DNA of 63,948 nt, filler included, from Welwitschia mirabilis (lineage: Eukaryota), in the NCBI GenBank assembly GCA_051453625.1. It is 7 parts of one record of this genome, joined end to end, with 100 filler letters (N's around TTAATTAATTAA, not from the genome) between each part and the next. Parts side by side here need not be neighbours in the genome. Positions count along the whole stretch, not along the records: positions 21,613 to 36,565 come from JBOZIK010000001.1; positions 36,666 to 39,753 come from JBOZIK010000001.1; positions 39,854 to 55,255 come from JBOZIK010000001.1; 4 more parts are not named here. One strand, 5' to 3'. Numbering within the stretch: position 1 is the stretch's first letter; every line of letters begins with the position of its first letter. The notes under the pieces are model-generated. The model made no database searches. It was given only the letters and a program-made list of their open reading frames with translations, and was not told the origin of the DNA. This document shows, piece after piece, positions 27,447 to 41,219 of the stretch. Both the position numbers and the translations under genes were made by a program.

Positions 27447-28205
27447 ATTTTTTTTAAAGAAAGTTGTGTTTTCATTTTATATATAAATCAGTTTATGTAT
27501 AAACTCCTCAAAAACAACACAGTAAGCTAATTATAGCCAAAACCATAGTTTTTGCTCAAGCTTGAACTAAGGCTAAATGAACATAAGCTTACACCAAATC
27601 ATGTTCCTGCTATTCCTCTTCATTTTAGTAATCCCTACTAATTTTAGCTTCAATTGAAATCTGAATTCAGCTACAACGTCTTGTACATCAATAATCTGAC
27701 ATCTAAAAACTGCATGATTTCTGACTCTCCATACTAAATAAGCTAGACAAGCAAAGCAAGCTTTGATGATCTTGTCTATGGTGTTGTTACTGTCATATTC
27801 ATCAAGTAACAAGCTACACAACGCATTCCATGAACATTAAGGAGGAGAGATATGCAACAAACTCATAGCTTGGCATAGCAAATTAATGGAGAATAGGCAT
27901 TCAAAAAAGAGGTGATCTCTAGACTTCACACACATGTTACAGAAAGGGCACAGTGCACTATCAATCATATTCCAACTAAAAATCTTCTCTTTAGTCATGA
28001 TTTTATCCAAGCAAGTAAGCCAACATATAAACCCATGTTTAGGAATCACAAACTTACCCTAATAAAGTATGGTCCATCTCTGTCTGATCCTTAGAGTTCT
28101 GATAATAGAATATGTTATAGCAGTAGTGAAAGGAACATCTCCCGCAATCCAAATTAGGTTATGAGATGGCTGCACACACTTGAGTGCTTTATTTCTGCAT
28201 TTTAG
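27447..28205 (-). mobile_element. 5'-truncated L1-type LINE with zf-RVT region
   Basis: IPKHGFICWL...CPFC...DHLFFEC and YLVWRVRN motifs; A-tail at about 27448-27455; 13-bp TSD GAATAATTATAAT at 27434-27446 and 28206-28218. Confidence 0.9.
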
Positions 28206-31051
28206 GAATAATTATAATGCTTAGTAATAAATCTAATAATATATTCATCAATTGCATACCATCGTCCAGTTTCTTTATCTAAATAAGCTAGGGAAATAAT
28301 TGTCCATATGTAATCATCCACTAACTTTCCACCATATCAGCCTCTACAAATCTTGTTAGAATGTGCTCATCTTGTACTTTTTCTAAATAACTAAGAGGTG
28401 AAGAATGCTTCAAAATCATCTATTATCCTTTGAACAGCCCTCATTTAATCATCGAAGTGAGTTTATAGCTCCAAATGCATCCATAACATCTTTAAGGCAT
28501 CCTTGATGATTATGTCAACTCTAGTAATTAATGTGTCAACTCTAGTAATTTATGCAAGGGTATTGTCTTAATAGCTCATAATGTTATTAAACTTTATTAT
28601 CATCTCATCAATTACCTATTAAATATCTACCAATGGCATCATAAATGGATCATACTTAGATAATCATCTAGAAAGTGTTAAAAATTCTAGAAGACAATGC
28701 CAGATGGGCCTTAAACCAACCAAATGAGCCTTAAACATACTCCAATGATAATGGTAGAAACAAAAAATTTGGCCTCATAATATAATCCCCCACTTATCAT
28801 TTTTTAAGTCTTTGATGAAGTAAATGGATAATAAGTAGTTAGTAAAACTAATAAAGTAAATAATATAAATTAAACACTAAAATGTTAGGCATTTACACTC
28901 TAAGTTCTCAATTCTAACTAAGAAAGAAATATCTCAAATAGTTAATATGGACGATGGTTTTAAATGCCAAGTTTTCCAAGAGATACTAACTTTTTATCCC
29001 TTTGGATCATAACTCACTTACATTATACATGAAAGACCTATAGATTTTCCTTGAATAATCACTAAAAGAGAAATCATTAAATGATGATGATTTTGTTATG
29101 TTAGCCTCCCACTACATTTGCTAAGAATGTAATAATAAGACAACAAATGCTTAAAGTAAGTAGAAATTACACTAGAAACTCAAAGTATCATGTATTGACA
29201 TCTCATAAAAAATCATGCTTTAAGTACATAAGTAAGTGATTCAATGTACACAAGTTAGTAGTATCACTATAACCATAATGTTATCATTAAAAATAAAAGA
29301 CTCAATTATGATGTGGCAAATCTTAGACTACATGTTTAAGTTCTACGATGGTGGCAACATCTATATGGCCTACTAACAAACACATGTGAAATTCCAAAAA
29401 CCATATACTATCAGGTTAAACATGTGTAATAAAACTTAAAACTATGTAATTAAATTCTATAAAATGTTTCATTAAAGTAAAACTTTTGCCAAATATTCAT
29501 TCCCAAATCAAGAATACATTCCTAGCTTCCACTGAATAAACTAATTTATTTCACACTAGCATGAAAAAAGGAGAGCAAAATAGATTAGTTGTCTCACAAA
29601 TAGATCAATTATTGTAGTACATGAGAAAGAGGCATACTTGAAAGCTCACAATGTAGTAAATGCTTAGTTTTATATGCACACCATGGTCCTAAACCTAAGG
29701 ATACAAGAAAAACCCTGGTGAAACCCTAACAGTGTGCTTGCCTTTATAAGTAAGCTATTTAATGTAATAAGAATGGAGAAGNNNNNNNNNNATGGAGAAG
29801 TATTTTGAAGAAATAAAATTTACTTTTACAAAACCCTGCTCATGATTTATTATTCTTTTGTTTCCCAACAAGTAGTATTAAAGCTTTAGATGAGATCTAT
29901 TGGAGCTTTCTTTGGCCATCCTTAAGCTTTAGAGCTTCTTTTGGCCTCTTTAGAATTTTTTGGGCCATTCTCTGAGGCTTCATAAGCTTCTCTTTTAGCC
30001 CTTCTCCCTCTCTCTTTTTCTCTCTCTCTCTATGTGTGTGTTTTACCTTTGTTTTTAATTATTTTCTTTATTTTTTTTAAAAACCATTTTTTAAAGGAGT
30101 ATTTTTTTTAAAAAGAGGAACTTTTTTTTAAGTATTTTCTTTTATTTTTAAGGAAATTGAAGAATTGTTTAAGAGTATATACTTGTTTTAAAAAAATAAA
30201 CATATTTGTTTTAGAGCCCTCTTTTTTCATGGTTTTTTACTAGAAGGGTTTTGACCCTATTTAATTAGGGATTTTACCCCACTACCTTGTCCTGTCACTC
30301 TACTATAGCTCTAGCTGTCTATAATACCCAAGATCATAACTTATTTAGGATTTTCAATTTTTCCCTTTGCTTTTAGTGCAGTAATTAGATGTCATATAGG
30401 GCTCCTACATACCATACAAATGATTAAGAGAAAAGGTCTAGTGGTATATCTCTTATCCCTTCCTTTATAGAGATGGAATTATATAGATATTCTCGATGCA
30501 AAACATCTATGTAATATACTATAGCAAGAGTAGAATGAACGACATTTTTATAGTGCTTCAACCACTATGCAAAGGGTTCCTCCTTCAAACGATATCCTCA
30601 AATCCCTTGAATTTGCCATTAGAGAAGTAGATTTGGAAGGCCTTTGACTACATAGAATGAATTTTAGAAAATATTTTGGATGTGACCATTACTTTTAAGA
30701 CTCTCCTTGTGCTCGATAACTTTGTCTATCTTTTCTTTATTACTCTTAACATTGGCATCAAGCACTTTTACATGAATATCTATAGCTTTTCCAATAAGAT
30801 TCTTGTGAGATGCGGATCTCTATGATTTGCCTAAGTTAGCAACTTAGAGACATAATGTGTGGATACACATGATTCCAATCCTGGTGTAAACACATATAAG
30901 GCATTTAAAAAGTTCTATGACAGTGTAATGGGGCAGGTAAAATCATTTAAAAAATGAGTAGTGTCTGTGTATCATGCCCTAAAATATGAAATTTGGAATT
31001 TCTCACTCTAGATTATTAAGCATGATGGTTGATGATCCAAGTAGATATACT

Positions 31052-31342
31052 CATTGTTGTAATACTTAGACTTGCCACCTAACTTAGCTAGGGGAAAAAA
31101 CTTATAAGTTGAATCAACTCAGAAGCTAACTTGGCATAGACTCAGGAGATAAAAAGAATCACTAGACAGTTTCATGTACAGACTCACTAAGACTCACCAA
31201 AGCTCACCAAGATTCATTGAAACTCATGAGTTTCAGGAACTGAATTAGACTCAATGATTTTCTACCCACATGACTCACAAGTTCAAAAAAAACACTGGAC
31301 TTAGAAAGTACTCACCATGACGCAGAGAGTTTTACAATAATG
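31052..31342. mobile_element. hAT-type MITE
   Basis: Terminal inverted repeats CATTGTTGTAATACT / AGTTTTACAATAATG (13/15); 8-bp TSD GATATACT / GAAATACT; internal GACTCA subterminal repeats. Confidence 0.8.
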
Positions 31343-33087
31343 GAAATACTATTGTAATTCCCTTGAATGGGGATAGTTACTTGTAAATTCATCACTACTG
31401 AGGAGAGTTAATGATCATCTTATTAGCATTATTTGGCATTTCAAAATTTAGAAACTAAAGGAAAAGGTTTATCCTTTTGTGAGTGACCTGTGTGCATGTA
31501 GTTTATTTTTACTTCTAAAATTCAAGTCTATTTTTATAGATTACCAAGCCAGTGGTAAGTGAATCTACAAAAGAAACATTCAACACATAGTTCCAGAAAA
31601 AAAAAAATTAGGATTATGACATAGATGTTGTATTCATAATTCATGCTAAAAACATTCCAATAGGACCTGTCCACTACAAAACAAAACCTACAACAACATT
31701 AAAAAATGATTAAGCAGATTTTAAATTAGAATGAGATCATATACTTATGCCACAGATGATGGCAAAGGGTGCCCATCTGTGCATTGCATTAAGGAGATGT
31801 TTAAATAGTATTGCAAAACTTATAATGCATAAACTTGAATTGAACATCATTCTATAGTAATTCATGCTAATCCTCTATTGATGAAAATTCTCTATTTAAA
31901 TTAATAAAGGACTTTCTTGAAATGACTTATTTAATGAAGGGCCAAAGGAAATGGAAAAGCAGTTACCTGCACATTCAATCATGTAAGTTTCTCTATAATC
32001 TTTCATAATTTTAATTTATTACAATTCATTGTTATTTTGCATAGCATTTTAAACACTAGTATATAATTCTTACATGTTTATTCTATTAATAATAGCTTGT
32101 ATTTATGGTTGTTTTTATTTTTTTAGTTTTTTTCTTATATGCAAATATCTTTATTTCTAAATAAAAACATAGTTAAAACCCTTTTCCTCAAAAATATTTT
32201 ACTTTTACACCAAATAAAGATACCTAGTAGTGAAGTAAGGGTTTTTGATTTTTACTTCTTTCATTTCTTGATTAAAGCTTTCTTAAAAATTAAAAAAAGA
32301 ATGTATTTGACAACAATAGTGAAGTCTATGTCAATGATTCTTGAGAAGGATAGAAATTTATTGTTTTAAATAAAATTCCTTATTTTTTTTCCCAAATTCA
32401 TACATAGTTCATGTTTAATATGAAATGGAAAATTAAATGAATACTAATTATCTTATGTTCTTTTCCTTTCATTTGGTTATAAACGGAACACCCAATTTTA
32501 ATAGATATACATACTTTATATATGCTTCATAAAGTTACATTTAATTTATATTGGATTACTCTTATTTACAATAAGAAGTAATTTTATTAACTCTAAAAAA
32601 GAAAATTATAATGTTAAATTTATATTATTAAAAAAACATGCATCTTTATGCATAGTAAAATAAGGTTTCCTTTACTACCTCTAATACTAGATGCCGAGGT
32701 GATACAACCTAAAGACCAAGTGAATTTTCAACACTTTTAATTGCAAAGAAAAGACTTGTAAATTCATTCAAGAAAGTAAATCTATTCTAACTTTAGCATA
32801 AACTCTTTTCTCTTATTATCCATCTTGTCTAATGTTAGTGAGTACTTATATGTACCTATATAGTATGTTACGATGGCAAACATCTTATTCATTTATTTTA
32901 TCTTTATTATTATCTAATACATCTTGTCCCCAAGGTAATTTCTAATAATCAAAAAGTAATTTGATTCTAAAACACCCACTTCTTATTTATTTAAGGTTCT
33001 ATTCAACATTTTTCTTGATGCAATTTGAAGTTATCATGTTATTGATAATACAAAATCCTTAATGAGATCTTTTTAGAATTTTGAATT

Positions 33088-34590
33088 TGATAGGATCAAG
33101 AACCCTAGAGGGGGGGAAGTAAATAGGTTTTTAGAAAAAACTAACAAACAATTCACAATATATTAAAAGCTTGGTCAAAATAATTTGCTAATAAAATTAT
33201 GCGTATGAAGAAAAACTAAAAGTATTCAAAGTAATTAAATTGACAGAAAGCATAAAATACTAAATAGATGCACATAAGATTTTTATAGTTGTTTGGAAAA
33301 TCTCCTACTCCACTCTTAATGATCAGCTTATCCCCAAGCTTGATCTAGATCTTTGTTAACTCTTCCAAGTATTACAGGTTCACTTGTAGCCTTTAAAAAT
33401 AGACTTCTGTAGGCTTAGTCTCAACCTTCAAAGGATGTAGTAGTGACGGTAAGAATTCCTTGATGCACAAATATCACTCGTTCTTGATATATTGGATTTG
33501 ATAGAGATCTTCTCTTATAGATATACAATAGATAAAGCACTAGATCTGACCTTGAATGTACAGATAACACAGATGATAGATCTTCTTTAATCAGGAGTAC
33601 AAATGCCAAGATCCAACAGTGAATATCAAAATATTTTAGTACTTTTTCATAAGTCAAAAAGATCATTTCGTCATCTCTCTCTTAGCCATTTATATTATAA
33701 GGATTTTAGGGTTTAGTACATTTGAAAATGCACTTCCAACGGCTATGAATGACAAGAAAAGGGCTATCTAATGGATATATAATAGATACAAAATGGATAG
33801 AAAATTTTAGTTTCATTCCAACTGGTCGACCCCTCAAAAGTCCAGTCAACCCCATCCAGTGTTGTAACTTACCTAGGTCACCCAAGTGAAATTTTCGATT
33901 GCCCTAGTTTCTTATGGCTCCATGTCCAATCGACCCCTTAGGATCGAGTCACCCCTAATCCAGTTTCCCACCATTATGTTTGTTTGCCCACTAGTCCAAA
34001 TAAAATATCATTCTAATTTCTTGCATTAGGTCTAATCGACCCCTTCAGGTATCCGGTTAACCCCATGATAATTGGCTTAAGAGTATCAGTTGCATAGTGC
34101 TCAAGTCCGGTCGACCCCTTCAAAGATCTGGTTAGCCCCTTAATAATAGTTTAGAAGTACTATTCTCAAGTTCACAGATCCAGTCAACCCCATCATAGGT
34201 CTAATGGATTCCTTTCTATTTAGTTTAAGGATATTGTTACCAGATCTAAAAGTCTAGTCGACCCCATAAAGATCTGGTCGACTCCTTGCCATTTTGTTCA
34301 AGGATACTGGCTCTTGCGATTACAGGCTTAGTCAACCCCATCAGAAATCTAATCAACCCTTTGAATTAAGTTTAATTCTGAGTGTCTGCTTTAGGTGCGG
34401 TCAACTCCTTGAAAGTCCGGTTAACCCCTCAGGAGGATAAGTAAACTTGGCAGGTTTCTAGTGATCAGAATTCAATGGTTTTATCTTCATCATTAAACAT
34501 GTAAGTGATTAACATCTTTTGCAAAAATACACAAAATTTATTATATAGAAAACATTAGTTTAACATTAATTGGCAATACATAATCTAATA
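33088..34590 (-). mobile_element. Sirevirus-like 3' LTR
   Basis: Minus-strand PPT AAAAGGGGGAGAT at about 34591-34603; end CTATTTACTTCCCCCCCTCTAGGGTTCTTGATCCTATCA; palindrome-rich U3. Confidence 0.88.
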
Positions 34591-35389
34591 ATCTCCCCCT
34601 TTTATATTGATGGCAAACAATACTCAGTTGTTATAAAAATATTTAGGACTTAGAAAACTCTCCCTCACAAAATGCTTATTATTCTTTATAAAATATTAAA
34701 CCTTTTGAAACCAATTTAAGACATTTTAAATAGTCAAATCTTATGCTTAAAATAAAACAATTTTAAGATTCATATTTGGAGGGTTAAGAACATAAATTTT
34801 ATGAAAAGCACAATGTGATCTCATAAATCATTTAACATATTAATCATTAATACTTTTTAGAGTTCATTTCTAAGATGGAATATCAACATTAAAACGTATG
34901 GGATAACCATTTGAAACTTTGATATTCATTATTGGAAAAATGTTAAGCTCATATGATTTGCTCAAAAAGATTTGAGATACTAATTGAGAATAAGTAAGAA
35001 CATAGAACTAAGTGCATATTAATTCCATTAAATATATGAAAGCATTACAAAATAAAAGTGTTCAAAATAAAAGTGCTCAATAAGAGCATACTACATTTTA
35101 AAGAATAAGCAATAAACAATAACAAATAACTAATTCTCCATCTTTTTAACATCAATGACAAAGGGGAGAATAAAAATACATAATAAAAACATAGAATCAG
35201 AGAATACAAATGCTATAAGACAAATAAAATTCCATTCTGCACTATCAGCTATTACTAAGGATCCTATAGAACTTAGTGATTCTAGGCGACTAGGCCTTTA
35301 TTCCAGTTGACCGACTACATCTAGTCGACTGAATCAAGGATCTGGTCGACCATCCTACAATCAGCCATAGGTTGGAAAGATAACCCCCA

Positions 35390-36565
35390 TTTCATTTTTG
35401 AGATGAAGAAAAGTATCAAAATTCAGGGTTTTTGTAAAAATATCTACCAGCTATTAGTCTGTACTCATAAAATTCATAGAGATGTATTCCTTTCCTACTT
35501 GATCTCTTAGGAAATGATGTCTTAGCTTAATATGTTTGATTCTTGAGTGCTAAATAGTATTTTTTGATATGTTTATAGCACTTGTGTTATTATAAAAGAT
35601 AGGAACTTGTTCAAAATTAATACCAAAATATTTTAGCATTTCTTTCTTCCACAAAAGACAAGTACAACAACTACCTACTGTAATATATTTCACTTCTGCG
35701 ATTGAGAGAGAGAGAGAGATGAAGTTTTGTTTCTTAGTTGTCCATCCTACTAAACATGAACCTAGTAGAAAATAATTTCCACTTGTGCTCTTTCTATTTT
35801 CTTTGCAACTAGCCTAATCAGCATTACTAATACTTGTAAGTTTGAAATGTTTCTCTATATGATACCATAAGCCATAATCACATGTACCTTTTACATACCT
35901 AATTATTCTTTTTACTACTTGTAGATGTGATTTTTTTGGTTGAGATTGATACCTTACACATACTCCAATACTAAATATAATATTTGGTCTACTTGCAGTC
36001 AAATATAATAAACTACCAATCATACTTCTGTAAAGTTTTTGATCCACTAATTTACCATTCTTATCCAAACTTACTTTACATGATGTAAACATAGGAGTGT
36101 CAGTTATTTTTGCATTTTCTAATCCAAAACATTTTATTAAGTCTTTTGCATATTTGAATTAAGAAATAAATATCCCTTCTTTAGATTACTTAATCTATAG
36201 TCTAAGAAACATTTTTACTTCACCAAATATACTCATTTCAAAATGAGTTATCATAATAGTTGCAAATTCTTTTAATGACTTTTCATTTGAGATATCAAAA
36301 ATAATATTATCTACATAAACCTGTATAATAATAAAATACTTTTTTAAGTTCTTTACAAATAATGTTTTATCTATAGTTTCATGAATATATCCATTTTCAT
36401 TTAAAAAAGTAACTAGCTTTTCATGCCAAGCTCTTGGAACTTATTTCAATCCATACAAAGCTTTTTTAAGTGTATATATATGATAGATTTTATGAGGATT
36501 AATAAAATCTTATGGTTTCTCTATATAGACTTCTTCATTTAAAGTATCATTTAGAAAAGAACTCT
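35390..36565 (-). pseudogene. Copia reverse transcriptase and RNase H
   Basis: KALYGLK, QVYVDNIIF, YRSMIGSLLYLTASRP, KRIIRYVKGT, RKSTSG, HHFLRD motifs. Confidence 0.93.
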
Positions 36566-36665
36566 NNNNNNNNNNNNNNNNNNNNNNNNNNNNNNNNNNN
36601 NNNNNNNNNTTAATTAATTAANNNNNNNNNNNNNNNNNNNNNNNNNNNNNNNNNNNNNNNNNNNN

Positions 36666-36754
36666 CTATTTTGAGCTTAAGTTTTTGAAAGAACCTATTC
36701 ATCCCCCGCCCCCTCCCTTCTCTGATTCTTGATCCTATCATTTGGTATCAGAAC
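36666..36754 (+). mobile_element. Sirevirus-like LTR end (36740) plus PBS (36743-36754)
   Basis: ...GATCCTATCA TT TGGTATCAGAAC. Confidence 0.85.
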
Positions 36755-36806
36755 TCAGGTTAGTCTTTGAGAGATTTTTACAGATCTAGAATTAAGAACC
36801 CTAAAA

Positions 36807-38913
36807 ATGAGTAACCCGACTAATGGATTTTTAACTGGTCGTCCACCCATGTTAGATGGTTCAAACTATGCCTATTGAAAAGCTAGGATGAGAATTTTTC
36901 TTAGATCCCAAGATGTCGATGTAGAAGAAGTTATATACAAAGGTCATACTGTGCCTATGTTAACCCAAACAGATGCAAATGACAATACTATATTAGTCCC
37001 CAAATCCAGAGATCAGTTGACTCTCACAGATAAAACAAAAGCCACCATAAATGCCTATACTCTTAATGCTATTTCTTGTGTAGTATGTACAAATGAATTT
37101 AAAAGAATTGTAAACTATAACCATGCAAAAGAAGCTTGGGATATCTCAGAAGTTGCACATGAAGGAACATCCATTGTTAAACAAGTAAAACTACAAAATG
37201 CTTATTTCTCGATTTGAAGACATTCATATGGGTGATGAAGAAACCTTATAGGAATTTTTTGCTAAACTTACAAATATAGTAAACTCAATGGTAAGCCTCG
37301 GAGAACGCATGGAAGAAAGGATGGTGGTAAGGAAAGTATTAAGACCCCTACCCAAGAGATTTGAACTGAAGGTAACAGCCATCGAAGAAAGCAAAAACAT
37401 CAGTGTAATGACATTGGAAGAACTTCAAAGTAATCTTCAAACCTATGAACTTAAATTTACTAAAGAAAAAAAAAAGGTATTACTTTGAAATGTGTATAGG
37501 AGGATTATAGATCTGACAAGTCAGATGAAGAACTTGATGGCGATGAAATGACTCTTCTGGCTAGGCATTTCAAAAGAGTTTTCTGCAGGAAAAAGGAAGG
37601 AAAATCAAGTAGGAATCCAAGGAGAAGCAATCCAAAACAAAGAAAATAACAAAATAATGAAAAGAAAATCTAGTGCTATTCATGCTAATCAATGAATGTC
37701 CCAACACTAGAAGAAAAAGCAGGAAGCCTAAAAACACCTCATTCATGGCAATTTGGATAATGAAAATGATGAAGACGAAGAAAACTACTCAGATCATGAA
37801 TCAGATAGAGAAAGGAGGCTATCTTTCATTGCTCTAGTATCATCACTTAAGAATGTGCCTAGTACTTCAATGTCAGATGACTTGGACATGATTGATGAAG
37901 AGGAAGATGAGTTAGAAGAAACCTGTCAAGAGTTATATGAAGAATGTGAAAAGCTAGCTAAGAAAATCAATGAGTTAAAACAAAATGATAAAGACCATTA
38001 CAAGAGAAAAGAAGGAAGTGGAAGAGAAGTGCAAAATACTCAAAGCCGAGAACTTCATAATAACTACCAAGGTAAATGATTTTTTATTCTTTGTAAATAA
38101 GTTTTCTACTAGTTCATCTAAACTAGACCAGATGCTTAGAATACTAAAGTAAAATAGAGACAAATCAGGTATTTCTTTTAGAGCACAATTATCAAGAAAA
38201 TAGGTAAACCAAACAAGTAAGTATGTTTTTAGTATCTCGTGTAATTTTTGTGATAGATTTGGTCATTTTAAACTATTTACAAAGTTAGACGTATGTTGTT
38301 TACTTCTGAACATGTGAATGCTTTACCATTTAAATTCATCCCTAAGAAGGATACACCACCTAAGTCAAATAAGGCTATGTGGGTTAAAGCTAATAATGTC
38401 CAAAGCTTTGTGACACGGATAAATTGTACAGAATCTCATTTGAACAGTTGATACCTAGATAGCAGTTGTTAAATGCATATGATAGGAGATAAATCAAGAT
38501 TTTAGAACTTGAAGAGCACAAATGGAGGAGAAGTCATCTTTGGAAATAACCAAACAGCAAAAATAGAATGTAGAGAAAGGATCAAGAGAGGTATTTCATA
38601 TAATCTCGATAATTTACTTTATATGATTGGTTTACAACATAATTTACTAAGCGTTAGTCAACTCTGTGACAAAGGGCATAGAATAATCTTTGATAAATTT
38701 AAATGTATAGTTGAGAATGAGAAAACAAATGTTGTTATCTTTAGTATAAAATATGTTGATAAGGCTTATAAATTAGATGTTAAAACTCTTAATCAATCAA
38801 TTTATGCAAAATAACATTTTAGAAAAGATTATGATAAAACTAAATGTCATTCTGTCAAATCTAATGTAAAATCTAGTTCTTATAATCAACTTATCTTTCA
38901 TGAAGTGATCTGA
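36807..38913 (+). pseudogene. Gag-protease polyprotein remnant, with no integrase/RT/RNase H following
   Basis: Gag motifs, (W)YLDS-C--HM-GDK protease motif, LQHNLLSVSQLCDKG, then a short unique tail ending GTGATCTGA. Confidence 0.9.
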
Positions 38914-39229
38914 TTCGACAGGACTGAAAGCTCAGTCGCCTGAACCCCTTTAAGTACTGTAAACCTGCATCTCAACAGGTCAACTGGATGTTCAACCAGT
39001 TGACCAGACCTGACGGATAACAGTGCAGAAGTATAGTCAGTGGACCTAACTTCTTTCTCAAATATGCCCTATTTTCCCCAATCTATAAAAGAACTTGAAC
39101 CCTATCTTGATTCCATCTTATTTTAGTGCCTCTAAATCTTTAGATATAGTGAGTTTCCTTCTAGATTAAGAGATTGTTGCAGCCAGATCCAGTGATTTTC
39201 TTAGTCTTATTTCTTTTAAAAGTCTTAGA

Positions 39230-39753
39230 ATGGTAGCCATCTCTTCCAGGAGAGGTCAAAAGGAAACTGCTTCAAGGAAACCTCCCTACTTCTACCAGGA
39301 AATGTCTGAAGAAGCCATTGATGAGTTCTTTAAAAAACTTAAGAAGAAATCTATATGCCCAGAGTGGTCAGTAGATGCATCTGAGCTTAGAGAACTAAGA
39401 GATGTCATTCAGATCTTGAGGGATCAAGATCTGGACCATTTCTTAGATGTTTCAGGTCTTGCATATAATTTTCTTACTAGAATGTTTTATTGCAATGCTT
39501 CTTTTAATCGTGATACCAGGAATTTAGAAATCCTTGTTTTGGGTAGAAGGATAAGAGTAATAATAGATCTTATTTTAGAGCTGAATGATCTTCCACGGGG
39601 AGACTATGAGGATTTTTAGCCTCTGAGAGACACTATGGAAGATAAGTTGACAGTCACCAGGGAGATTTGCAGTAAAGTTCATACTTGGAAACACACCTTA
39701 TCTACTTCTGTATTGACTCCCAAATATTGCTTTATTCATTTCATCTTTACTTA
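39230..39753 (+). pseudogene. Sirevirus-like ORF2 (env-like / plant transposon protein)
   Basis: 129-aa ORF with AYNFLTRMFYCNA...VLGRRIRV...LNDLPRG; continues past one stop to the gap. Confidence 0.75.
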
Positions 39754-39853
39754 NNNNNNNNNNNNNNNNNNNNNNNNNNNNNNNNNNNNNNNNNNNNTTA
39801 ATTAATTAANNNNNNNNNNNNNNNNNNNNNNNNNNNNNNNNNNNNNNNNNNNN

Positions 39854-40068
39854 TTTTTTGGCCAACATTTTGTCGACTAATCTCCGACTCACCGACATGA
39901 CTTTCATTTTTGAGGTTGCTGGCTTTTTACTTTTGCCGACTTTTTAAACACTGGTTGGAATTGATCCTAGGTTTTGTTGTGCATGTTAGTTAATAATTCT
40001 TAATGTTAAAAAAATTATGCTTAATTAGGATAATTAAAGTCAAGGTGATACATAATGGTATCAGAGCC
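39854..40068 (+). mobile_element. LTR end (40052) and tRNA-iMet PBS (40056-40068) of another LTR element
   Basis: GGTGATACA TAA TGGTATCAGAGCC. Confidence 0.75.
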
Positions 40069-41219
40069 TAGGTCATGTCTATGTTAATTACGTGAAAATA
40101 AATTTAATTATATCCATTATAAACTTAATTACTAATTAACTAGAAAATTAATTATATTCATGACAATCTTACTTTGGTGATAGTCTCATTAATAATATAG
40201 GTCTTAAGGACAACATTCATTAAGGTTGACGAAAGTAGTTTAGAAGTATTTTGTATTACACTATTCGAATTACTTGATAGCCTAAGTTGGTCTCAGTTAG
40301 TAACAGTCTGCCTAACTAATTTAGGTTATACAAGGTCAATCTTCCTGACAAGTCTATTCGGTAATCGAATAGATGTTCATTTAGATTAATTGCATTTGCA
40401 TTGTATTGCATGTTTACTTTCTTGCATTGTTCTTAAATTTAGGATGCAATATTTTCTTCAAAAACCAATTCTCCTTCTTGTCTCGTATACCTTCAACGGA
40501 TTTACAACATTTGGGTCACTTCCATTTATAATAGTTGTTGTATTTTGCAATATATCTATTTTGATTAATAGGATTCAGTAAGACGTAAAAGATTTGCAAA
40601 AATGCGCACTGCAACAGAGGTTATCTAATTTTGAATGTTTGGATAGCTTTTCTCATAAAAACTTTCTAACACAATTATTATCATTTTCATAGTGAATTAT
40701 GAAAATTACAAACTAAGGTTAAATAAAGATGCTATCTTATTTTGACAAGGCCTTTAAGAAGAGTAAATCATCATCTGATTAAAAGTTTAGTATACTTAAT
40801 ATCCAAGTAATTAAGGTTTACAAAGTATAGTATATGACAATAGGGGAAATAGAATAAGTAATAATAAAAAATAAAGAGGTGTTAAGAAAATCTTATCATT
40901 GATAGACCATCTTCTCCCTTCAACAGGAAGACTTTTTAATCTTTTTTTTTAAATAACATCAATAGCTCTTATGTACATTCATTAACTTTGGGTAATCCTA
41001 AACAAGACACCATAGATCGTCATTCCACAATATCCACATCTCAAATTGCCAACAATTGCAGTCTGAAAGTACATGTACAGTTTCATGAAATAATCGATAT
41101 TACAACAAATAAATTACATAAGGAAGAAAGCAACTCTTGCTATAATGATAACAAACCACTGAGTAACATTAAAATGGATTGAGCAAGTATGACATGTGAT
41201 GCAAAAATGCAGGGAGTCC

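Noticed and set aside
30856-30940. Exon-like segment CVDTHDSNPGVNTYKAFKKFYDSVMGQ|GT
   Set aside because: No recognisable homology and no clear acceptor; cannot be supported without a search.
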